Shown here in pieces: positions 57,022-64,000 of a stretch of 64,000 bases of DNA. The notes below the pieces were generated by a model. It had not been told where the DNA came from. It did not search any database and saw only the letters and a program-made list of their open reading frames with translations. The position numbers and the translations under genes were made by a program. The DNA is taken from IMG/VR virus record IMGVR_UViG_3300033553_000338, positions 93,881 to 157,880 of that record. One strand, given 5' to 3'. Origin of the DNA: a virus. Each line of letters begins with the position of its first letter. Position 1 is the first letter of the stretch.

Positions 57022-57348
57022 ATGAAATTTGGAGATGCAATTAAAGCACTACAACAAGGTAAAATGATTCAGCGTACAGGCTGGAATGGTAAAGGGATGT
57101 TTGTTTTTATGCAGGTACCTGCAAAGGTCCCCGCAGAGGTTATCCCGAACATGACATCTCTTCCGATGGAAGTAAAGGAAGAATTCGAAAAAAGGTGTGC
57201 TGATCCCAATAACTCTATTCGGGGAATTTACTACACGGATCAACTTGCAATCGTGACCAGTAATAATATTGTCACTGGATGGTCCCCGTCCATAGTAGAT
57301 TGTATGGCAAATGACTGGGATTTATATGGAGAAACAATCACATCATAA
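57022..57348 (+). CDS. tad2: Tad2 / DUF2829-family anti-Thoeris protein
   Basis: MKFGDAIKALQQGKMIQRTGWNGKGMFV...GWSPSIVDCMANDW. Confidence 0.85.
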   Translation: MKFGDAIKALQQGKMIQRTGWNGKGMFVFMQVPAKVPAEVIPNMTSLPMEVKEEFEKRCADPNNSIRGIYYTDQLAIVTSNNIVTGWSPSIVDCMANDWDLYGETITS

Positions 57349-57358
57349 TTCATAAAGT

Positions 57359-57571
57359 ATGGTATTTGGAGAAGCTTTTGAGCAAGTAAAAAAGGGTAAG
57401 GCCATGAGGTTACCTCAATGGGCCGAAGATGTTAAGATACTGGCACAGTATCCGGACGAACACAGTAAGATGACTGCACCGTATCTCTATGTGGAGAGCC
57501 GGTTTGGGCGAGTCCCGTGGAAGGAAACGTTTATTGAACTGTTTTCAGACAAGTGGGAAATTACAGAATAA
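57359..57571 (+). CDS. second, compact Tad2/DUF2829-like protein
   Basis: MVFGEAFEQVKKGKAMRLPQW...PYLY..VPWKETFIELFSDKW. Confidence 0.7.
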   Translation: MVFGEAFEQVKKGKAMRLPQWAEDVKILAQYPDEHSKMTAPYLYVESRFGRVPWKETFIELFSDKWEITE

Positions 57572-57600
57572 AAGAAAGCCGGCTAGTAGCCGGCTTTCTT
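57572..57600. terminator. bidirectional terminator between convergent genes
   Basis: AAGAAAGCCGGCT-agt-AGCCGGCTTTCTT. Confidence 0.85.
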
Positions 57601-58584
57601 AGTTCGGTGCTTATAATATAAGTCTTCAAATACCTTAGTTGTATTCTTAATCTCCCCAAAGGTACCCCGCTTATTTCGGATCGTGAGTAAGATAGAGTAA
57701 AATTCCTGTTTGGGGACAACCCTGGAGATACCCTCTGCCACATCTTTTAAAAAACTAAACTCCGAAATTAGAATCTCTGCCATGCGGGATACGTCATCCT
57801 CACAGTTAATTTGAATTTCCATGGAAGGTCCCCGCACCGGTGCTGAAATGGTCTCCGGAAACTCAATAAATCGTTGCCCTCCCTTTCTGTAAATTTCTTC
57901 AGGATTGATATTAATGATCTTGAATATGATTTCCGACACAGCCTTGCCAACACGGGTAGTACTGTACTCAACTGTAATTCCTGTAGACTCATTAATCATT
58001 CGGACGGATGTATCCAGACATCTTCGTTTGAAGTCGCAGAATCTGGGGTACTTATCCTCAACAAACATCCTCTTTCGGAGATCTTCCAGAGAGATTCGGT
58101 ATTCTTGGTTTTTCTGGTTCTTAATCATGCTGATCAGATCCCATATTTCATGGGCATAGATGCTTTGGAAAATGGAGCTTTGAAATCGTTGCATCGTAAA
58201 GCCTGGTCCAAGGTTCACAAAGTTCTTTTTACCAAGATCTGTAAACTTAAACTGGATCCCCATTCCGTTGAACAGGAACTTTGTTTCCCCAATCAGGCTC
58301 CCGAGGCTAATACCTTCGTGGTCAGCTCCGGAAACTTCAATATCTTTCATGACACTGAACACCTGTCTGAACTGATCGTAGTTGGTGACAGTTATCCCAA
58401 TAAGCTCAGCAATCTCTTTTAAGGTAAATTCTACGTAATCGATATCTTTCTTAGCCTCCACCTTGGTAAGGATGGCATTCAGTACATTCCGCTGAGCAAT
58501 ACTCATCCGCTTATGTGAGAGGATAAAATTATTGCTTTTTGATATAAAGGCTTTTTCTTTTGAGTATCTTTCCAGCGTATTCAT
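57583..58584 (-). CDS. repA: Rep_3-family plasmid replication initiator
   Basis: KSNNFI...MSIAQRNVL, FQSIYAHEIWDLI, ISLEDLRK....KYPRFCDFKRRCLDTSVRMINEST, GKAVSEIIF; the only convincing - strand gene. Confidence 0.85.
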   Translation of the reverse strand: MNTLERYSKEKAFISKSNNFILSHKRMSIAQRNVLNAILTKVEAKKDIDYVEFTLKEIAELIGITVTNYDQFRQVFSVMKDIEVSGADHEGISLGSLIGETKFLFNGMGIQFKFTDLGKKNFVNLGPGFTMQRFQSSIFQSIYAHEIWDLISMIKNQKNQEYRISLEDLRKRMFVEDKYPRFCDFKRRCLDTSVRMINESTGITVEYSTTRVGKAVSEIIFKIININPEEIYRKGGQRFIEFPETISAPVRGPSMEIQINCEDDVSRMAEILISEFSFLKDVAEGISRVVPKQEFYSILLTIRNKRGTFGEIKNTTKVFEDLYYKHRTKKAGY

Positions 58585-58691
58585 AGTACAATTATACTGA
58601 ATTCTGACTAAAGAAATGACATTTAAACTATTAACAATTTTCCATGTCCTTGATCAGATATTTGATAATGAGCGATTTAGTTATGTGGTTT

Positions 58692-58932
58692 TATGTGAGT
58701 TGTCGTAGTTTATATGTAAGATGTCGTAGATAGGCACAGATTGGCAAGCAATAAATACTGGTTATCAGTCTCTTATGAGTTCCACTAATTTATTAACAAT
58801 GGATATTTATGTGAGATGTCGTAGTTAGTATGGATAATGTCGTAGTTCTTATGTAATCTGTCTCTCCAAATCATGTTGGGTGTCGTAGTTTTTATGTGAG
58901 ATGTCGTAGTTTATATGTAATACGTCTGTTTG
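58692..58932 (+). repeat. iteron array, consensus TATGTGAGATGTCGTAGTT, 21-bp period (putative origin)
   Basis: Copies at 58692, 58713, 58808, 58829, (58850), 58872, 58893, (58914); inverted core TACGACA at 59070; A-rich GAAATA repeats 58974-59013. Confidence 0.85.
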
Positions 58933-59146
58933 AAGCCTTGTATGAATCTGATAAAAAGGCACTTAGCACTCCTGAAATATAGAAATAAAGGAAATAAAAG
59001 AAATAAGGAAATACCAAGCCAGGTTTTTTATTTTAAAGATTGCAAAGAAAATAGGAGTAACCAGGTAAGTACGACACGAGTAACCGGGTGTGACAGACAG
59101 TGACACTAACAGACAGTTACCAGTGCTTTATTGAGAAAGTTTTTTA

Positions 59147-59185
59147 AAAAGACATTGACTTAGTGAATGTCTTTTTGTAGCTTTG
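59147..59185 (+). promoter_or_regulatory. Bacteroidota-type promoter (-7 TAGCTTTG) overlapped by inverted repeat
   Basis: AAAAGACATT..AATGTCTTTT palindrome, then TAnnTTTG at 59178. Confidence 0.55.
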
Positions 59186-59213
59186 TCTCAGTTATTAACC
59201 AATAAAACCGTGT

Positions 59214-59792
59214 ATGTCTGTACATTCTGTTCATGTCGGTGCCCCCAACAATGAGTTCTGGGGCCTTGTAGACGAGCTGTTTCTTTTGAATAGCTCCTAT
59301 GCCCAGCGATGGCTGTCCCTGGTCTTGCGAACCAAGCAGGTCATAGAAGTCACCATAGAGGATATCCGAAGCTTAATGCTTATTGAAGAAGCGGAGTATC
59401 CCCAGAAATCAGACCTTATTAGAAGGGTGTTCTATGAGCCTGTTGAGGAGGTGAATTCATCCACTTCCTTTACCATCCACTTTGGCTACCTACACAACAG
59501 CCGTAAACCCATCCACGGGTTCTGTATTTACAAGACCCGGGATAACGTGCGAAAGTCCCTTGGGGAAGCTCTGGGGGCAGAGCACTTGACTCAAATAGCC
59601 AAAGAGTATGGATTACCCGACTCTTATTACTTACTTGCGGCCCAGCACCCTTTGACGGTAGCCGCTTTATTTCAGGCCAACAGGGATATAAAAACAGGGA
59701 AGGTTAGAATCCACACATCCCCTCATTTCTATATGAAGCGGGTCGTGGACAACTCTGTGGCATTTCTGGAGCCAGTGTTGGATTTTATTTAA
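59214..59792 (+). CDS. truncated Rep_3-like winged-helix protein
   Basis: LNSSYAQRWLSL, VTIEDIRSLM....YPQKSDLIRRVFYEPVEEVN parallel the C-terminal WH domain of the 57583 Rep. Confidence 0.6.
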   Translation: MSVHSVHVGAPNNEFWGLVDELFLLNSSYAQRWLSLVLRTKQVIEVTIEDIRSLMLIEEAEYPQKSDLIRRVFYEPVEEVNSSTSFTIHFGYLHNSRKPIHGFCIYKTRDNVRKSLGEALGAEHLTQIAKEYGLPDSYYLLAAQHPLTVAALFQANRDIKTGKVRIHTSPHFYMKRVVDNSVAFLEPVLDFI

Positions 59793-59813
59793 TGTAAACC
59801 TTAACTTTGAACT

Positions 59814-60659
59814 ATGATTTTTGATAAAGAAAAATGGCCCGTATTGTATGCCCTGCAAAACAACATCGGGTTTTTCGACATGGCCACCCGGGGAGTTATC
59901 CATAATCCCTATGACTTCATGGATCACTTCGCGGGATTTCAGGCCTTCCTGGAACAGTTCGTAGGTATGCGGAATTGCGGGAATATGTATATCACCGAGA
60001 AGATCCGTCAAATGGTGGACTACCACCCGAAGATCTACCCGGTACTGGAACGCGAATCCCGAAAGCCCGAGTTCTGGCCAGAGTTTCATGGAACCATTTC
60101 CTACGTTGTTATTGAGGGGAATGACCGGTTAAAGATGACCGTGCTTCTGGATATCATCCCCAGGGAGGAGTTTAACGGGAAGAAGTACTTCATGATCTCT
60201 GTCTTTGCCGGTGAGCTGTTTGTAGGGTATTTCGCTGCGGAAGATCTGGGTGATAGGGTAGATGTGCTCCAAAGTTTGCCCGGGCCGGTGGGTAAGTTCC
60301 CAGACCAGATCAAGGCGATCATGGACACCTTCACGTTCTGTAAACAGCTGCTGTTCTTTTTAGACCACTGCGATGAGAAGACCAAGTACATTCTGACAGA
60401 CTCCGTTCGAAGGGTAAAAACGGCCAATGGGGATAAGTTCATCAATCCGATGAAGCTCAGCAACATGCAGATCATTGATTCGTCTTACTTTACGACAACT
60501 ATCCGGACCGGAGAATTCCCGGTCAGTGGGCACTGGAGGATGCAAGCGTATGGCCAGGCACGGCAAAACCGCAAACTGGTATGGATCAAGGATTTTGTGA
60601 AGTTCGGATACACCCGTAAATCAGTCATTACCGGGGAGGAAGGTCATGGGGAAGAATAA
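59814..60659 (+). CDS. hypothetical phage protein
   Basis: C-terminal VSGHWRMQAYG..RKLVWI motif. Confidence 0.75.
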   Translation: MIFDKEKWPVLYALQNNIGFFDMATRGVIHNPYDFMDHFAGFQAFLEQFVGMRNCGNMYITEKIRQMVDYHPKIYPVLERESRKPEFWPEFHGTISYVVIEGNDRLKMTVLLDIIPREEFNGKKYFMISVFAGELFVGYFAAEDLGDRVDVLQSLPGPVGKFPDQIKAIMDTFTFCKQLLFFLDHCDEKTKYILTDSVRRVKTANGDKFINPMKLSNMQIIDSSYFTTTIRTGEFPVSGHWRMQAYGQARQNRKLVWIKDFVKFGYTRKSVITGEEGHGEE

Positions 60660-61047
60660 CGAGTTAACCCCCGAGCAAGTCTACTGGCACATCATACATC
60701 TTGAGAACCCGGAATTGTCCAGGTCCTCACGAACGGAGTATTTCCAGATCAAACGGTATGAGTGGGAGGAAAGGGTATTCAAGTTTGGTAAAGAGGATCC
60801 AAGGATCGGGGAGACCTATAAAGCATTCTCAGAAGAGGATGTCCATCGATACGCGGAAATGCAACAGTCCGGAAGTGACTTCCCCGCATTTGTGGCCCTG
60901 GCCAATGGTACCGATGACAAGCTATTTCTGCTTGATGGGAAGCACCGGATTGAGGCTTCAATCATACTTGGAGTGGAGATAACAGGATTCATTGGAACGG
61001 TTCCGGATGAAGTTGAAGCATTTAAAAACTCTATTAATTATGGATGA
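60646..61047 (+). CDS. ParB/Sulfiredoxin-like domain protein
   Basis: FPAFV....LLDGKHRIEA. Confidence 0.65.
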   Translation: MGKNNELTPEQVYWHIIHLENPELSRSSRTEYFQIKRYEWEERVFKFGKEDPRIGETYKAFSEEDVHRYAEMQQSGSDFPAFVALANGTDDKLFLLDGKHRIEASIILGVEITGFIGTVPDEVEAFKNSINYG

Positions 61048-61387
61048 TTTATTTAAACAAGCTGAACTGGTAAAGCAAAGACTTCTGTACCATTTCAAAG
61101 GTACCTCAGATAGATGGGTAATTCCTCCTGGGCTCCCTTTTATGCAGGAATTTTTGAATGAGGTAGACCAACTATGTACCCTGAACATGGATGCAATCAA
61201 TGCTATGGTCTGGGTATCCTTTGATTGGACCAAGGTTGAGACACGCCCAACAGAGTGTGGTAAGTACCTGGTATGTCGCAAAGATGGTAAGGTTCATTGG
61301 GAAACCTGGAATGGGAATGGCTGGGCCTATAATCACAATGAGATTCGATTCTGGTCAAAAATTAATCCACCAAAAGTATGCACATAA
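61040..61387 (+). CDS. hypothetical protein (DUF551-like C-terminus)
   Basis: WTKVETRPTECGKYLV...WNGNGW...IRFW. Confidence 0.65.
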   Translation: MDDLFKQAELVKQRLLYHFKGTSDRWVIPPGLPFMQEFLNEVDQLCTLNMDAINAMVWVSFDWTKVETRPTECGKYLVCRKDGKVHWETWNGNGWAYNHNEIRFWSKINPPKVCT

Positions 61388-61569
61388 GTACAATCGATGC
61401 CCAGTGGACTGTACACTGGTTGGGAATTCCTTACTTTGTAGAATCCGTGTATCGCGGCCATCTGTACGGAGTGGTTACCTCTGAGGAGGATTCTGTGGAT
61501 CCGGTTACTTCCGGGAAGATTCTACATAAGTTTTTCAAGTTGAAGTTAAATAAATCAATGATCACCTAA
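61378..61569 (+). CDS. hypothetical protein
   Basis: 63 aa ORF. Confidence 0.45.
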   Translation: MHISTIDAQWTVHWLGIPYFVESVYRGHLYGVVTSEEDSVDPVTSGKILHKFFKLKLNKSMIT

Positions 61570-61571
61570 CA

Positions 61572-61952
61572 ATGAAGTCAATAGAAGAGCAAATACAAAT
61601 ACTGTCTGAGCAAATTAGCCTGGGGAATATGTTTGCATGGCAAGATGGGGATAGTGGTATGTTTGAGGCCATCTCTAGTAATCAAACATCCTCCTCTTAT
61701 GAAGAGGCACAGCAAGATCTCGCTGAGGAATTGTACAGTGATAAGGATATCTCAAAATGGCCAGGATGGTCTAAGAAAGATCTGTTTCTACACTGTGTTA
61801 AATTCTCGGACAGCGATGAAAATAAGCATACCTGGATTTATAACTTGCAGGAATGTCTGGACGAGTTAAGGGAGGAAAATGAGATTTTAAAATTTCCTAA
61901 GTGTGGTGCATGTGGAGGATATCACGACCCTGATTGGTACTGCCATCCTTAA
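61572..61952 (+). CDS. hypothetical protein
   Basis: 126 aa, CGACGGYH. Confidence 0.65.
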   Translation: MKSIEEQIQILSEQISLGNMFAWQDGDSGMFEAISSNQTSSSYEEAQQDLAEELYSDKDISKWPGWSKKDLFLHCVKFSDSDENKHTWIYNLQECLDELREENEILKFPKCGACGGYHDPDWYCHP

Positions 61953-61961
61953 TGATTACCT

Positions 61962-62003
61962 AAAATAAAAGCCCCGGAAGACTTTAGTCAACCGGGGTTG
62001 TTT
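61962..62003. terminator. intrinsic terminator (stronger U-tract on - strand)
   Basis: AAAATAAAA-GCCCCGG..CCGGGGTT-GTTTT. Confidence 0.65.
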
Positions 62004-62040
62004 TACATCAATCACAATATCACACTGTGAGTTAATACTG

Positions 62041-62072
62041 CAAACCTAAATAAAGTTTATCAAATAACCAAA
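62041..62072 (-). promoter_or_regulatory. consensus Bacteroidota sigma-A promoter on - strand
   Basis: TTTG-20 nt-TAGGTTTG on reverse strand. Confidence 0.55.
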
Positions 62073-62085
62073 TAATTTTAACCTT

Positions 62086-62637
62086 ATGGGATTATCATTT
62101 GAAACAACAGGAAAATACACCTCTGAAAGGCATGAAGCAGCCTTACGAAACGGAAAATATACCGCTGGGCAAGCATCACAGAAGCTTAGGAAAAGTGGTG
62201 TTAAGATATATGCCAAGGAATTAGTTGAAGCCTTTAAAGTACTTCACGGACGGGAACCGGAATGGCATCATTCTGGTTTTTATAAAAAGTCAAGTGGAGC
62301 AACAATGGGCCGGACTTTCTTTTTTAGTGAAAGCCAACTTGAAGAATTGGAAACCAGGATGCCGGAAGTTAAACTTCTTCTGAAAGAAATAGAGGCAGAA
62401 GAACTCGCAAAGGCAGAGACAAAAATTCAAGGTTTCTACTGGGTTTGGGAGTCTGATTACTTAGGCCGTTACGGTAAAAAGCGCAATTATAAGGTTCTAA
62501 AGATCTATGAAGGAAACGAACTTAATAAGCCAAAAAACTTTGTCTCTTGTAATAATCGTATATTTGAAAATGTGAAAGAAAAAGAGGGAACCCAGTATTT
62601 TGGTTGGGATGAACCAAAACTTCACCAATTTGCATAA
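62086..62637 (+). CDS. hypothetical phage protein
   Basis: SERHEAA, EWHHSG. Confidence 0.75.
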   Translation: MGLSFETTGKYTSERHEAALRNGKYTAGQASQKLRKSGVKIYAKELVEAFKVLHGREPEWHHSGFYKKSSGATMGRTFFFSESQLEELETRMPEVKLLLKEIEAEELAKAETKIQGFYWVWESDYLGRYGKKRNYKVLKIYEGNELNKPKNFVSCNNRIFENVKEKEGTQYFGWDEPKLHQFA

Positions 62638-62657
62638 ACATATTAAAACTTTAAACA

Positions 62658-62921
62658 ATGCAGTACCCTAATAAAATATATGTGGTCGAGGAGACCGTTA
62701 AGAATCCGTTTGGAGAATCCGGGCATTTCGTTATTGTTATCGCTGCATCAAGCAGCCAGATAGCTAAAAGCCATGTAAAGGATCAGGTAGGTATCGATGC
62801 TGAACCTACCTTGTTGATGAGTGCAGTGTACCCTACAATCTGGACTTCCGATGGATCCAAACCTATGCCAGTTCAGGCAAAGATCCTTTCAAACAGCAGT
62901 GTGGAAATTCAGAATAAATAA
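62658..62921 (+). CDS. hypothetical protein
   Basis: 87 aa ORF. Confidence 0.65.
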   Translation: MQYPNKIYVVEETVKNPFGESGHFVIVIAASSSQIAKSHVKDQVGIDAEPTLLMSAVYPTIWTSDGSKPMPVQAKILSNSSVEIQNK

Positions 62922-62943
62922 TGAAATTGAAAAAACTTAAATT

Positions 62944-63447
62944 ATGGGATTAGACATCTCGGATGAAGTTAAACAACTTATCCAAAACAATGTAGCAAGT
63001 GAAGATTTTAATACGATACCTGGCCGCTTTGATAAATTAGAATCCGGTAACTATGGCTTTATCATTGAGTGGGAGAAGGTTTCTAAAACCTTTGTGCAAC
63101 GGGCCGAAGAGAACTTGGCACTGATTGATAAAAGAAAGCAAGCAAGGCAGCTGCTGAAGACTATCCAGGTTGGGGATTACCTGGAGCGTAAAGATGGAAG
63201 TGTTAGCAGAATAACCTATCACTGGGGGAAATCCGTACAGGATGGTGGAGGTGCAGGAAGTTTTTATCTGGACTCATCAGGTGCCGCTTCTTACTCGGGA
63301 AGTCTTGATGATCCAATCTCTCTGACAAAGATTGTCCCTACAGAGGAGGAGAGGGAGGGACGGTTCTGGTTATTCTCCTGTGACTGGTCCGGGGCCAATC
63401 GCGGAATCGATTTCTGTATTAATGTGAAAGTTTGGAAAGAAGTATAA
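62944..63447 (+). CDS. hypothetical protein (DUF4121-like C-terminus)
   Basis: QVGDYL, GSFYL..SYSGSL, FWLF....GANRGIDF..V.VW. Confidence 0.65.
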   Translation: MGLDISDEVKQLIQNNVASEDFNTIPGRFDKLESGNYGFIIEWEKVSKTFVQRAEENLALIDKRKQARQLLKTIQVGDYLERKDGSVSRITYHWGKSVQDGGGAGSFYLDSSGAASYSGSLDDPISLTKIVPTEEEREGRFWLFSCDWSGANRGIDFCINVKVWKEV

Positions 63448-63458
63448 AAAGACAACCT

Positions 63459-63698
63459 ATGAAAAAGTACGCACAAGTGTCCGTAGATTTGGTAGCTGAA
63501 ATAGCACAAAGTATCACACCCAGGTTACTCCATAAACCCTTTCAGGGGGAGGTAAACTACAGTCCCTGTGAGGTGAAGATCCTTGAGGATGACCATGCAA
63601 CCATCTGGGTAAAGTGGGGAAGTAAATACGACTGTCGCTTTGAAGATCTCCCGGCTGTAGTTATGGGCACCATAGCCGATGCGGTGTTAGGTGAGTAG
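63459..63698 (+). CDS. hypothetical protein
   Basis: 79 aa ORF. Confidence 0.6.
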   Translation: MKKYAQVSVDLVAEIAQSITPRLLHKPFQGEVNYSPCEVKILEDDHATIWVKWGSKYDCRFEDLPAVVMGTIADAVLGE

Positions 63699-63740
63699 CC
63701 CTGCAGATAATTGATCGTTGAATATTTAATTGCAATTTGT

Positions 63741-63761
63741 TTCGTATAACAAATCTTAATC
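63741..63761 (+). promoter_or_regulatory. recurrent motif TTCGTATAA-N6-TTAATC
   Basis: TTCGTATAA caaatc TTAATC. Confidence 0.6.
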
Positions 63762-63793
63762 ATTACTTTTACAATCAAATTAATTATAAGTCT

Positions 63794-63982
63794 ATGGCTA
63801 CAGTGACCACAAAATCAGGGGTTACAACAATCTTCTGCAGCAAATGCGGATGTACGGATTCTGACCACATCAGTGTAGCCAGCAATCGGTTCAAGGGTGA
63901 AGGATGGGTATTGAATTCCCCCAAGCCTAAGAATAAGTTGACCCACCTGTGCCCAAAATGTAGCACAGTTTTGAAAAGTTAA
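63794..63982 (+). CDS. small Zn-finger protein
   Basis: CSKCG...GW...HLCPKC. Confidence 0.65.
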   Translation: MATVTTKSGVTTIFCSKCGCTDSDHISVASNRFKGEGWVLNSPKPKNKLTHLCPKCSTVLKS

Positions 63983-64000
63983 ATCAAACCCGTCCGGTAA

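Noticed and set aside
57874-58422. + strand ORF of 182 aa
   Set aside because: Antisense to the Rep_3 gene, which has clear motifs.
58692-58932. CRISPR array
   Set aside because: Repeats are nearly contiguous with a 21-bp period and no unique 25-45-nt spacers; adjacency to Rep_3 fits iterons.
1-64000. Integron integrase or other tyrosine/serine recombinase; structural (capsid/tail) genes
   Set aside because: No ORF with R-H-x-x-R-H/Y tyrosine-recombinase or serine-recombinase motifs, and no recognisable virion genes in this window.
1-64000. Apparent abundance of CCGG/CCWGG/GGATCC words in the backbone
   Set aside because: Visual impression only; it needs k-mer statistics that I cannot compute here.

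Overview
64 kb segment of a large dsDNA tailed-phage genome. Almost all genes are on the + strand and read with the standard genetic code. The host is probably a Bacteroidota member (TAnnTTTG promoters, Bacteroidota-type Dcm, DUF4494- and DUF6549-like genes). Left to right it contains: (1) the end of a tRNA cluster, with one canonical tRNA-Ser(GCT) and several elongated or aberrant tRNA-like genes; (2) a PAPS-reductase-like gene, rIIA/rIIB, ATP-dependent DNA ligase, DnaQ-like exonuclease, C5 methyltransferase and ArdC; (3) a replication/recombination block (Dda-like helicase, family A DNA polymerase, lysozyme, SF2 helicase, DnaB-like, RecT-like, primase, resolvase, PD-(D/E)XK exonuclease, dNMP kinase, intein-containing class II RNR); (4) many small accessory genes; (5) metallophosphoesterase, RNase H and two Tad2-like genes; (6) a plasmid-type Rep_3/iteron origin flanked by a second, divergent Rep-like gene. 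The most striking feature is at about 46.8-51.1 kb: an integron-like gene-cassette array inside the phage genome. About ten attC-like hairpins (AAC...imperfect inverted repeat...GTT) separate units whose own 5' end (GTT-X) is the reverse complement of their 3' end (X'-AAC) over 8-20 bp. The cargo includes Tad1, a MazG-like enzyme and a DNA methyltransferase. Some hairpin loops supply start codons, N-terminal halves or whole ORFs. No integrase is present in the window. All protein calls come from motif recognition by eye; no database searches were run.
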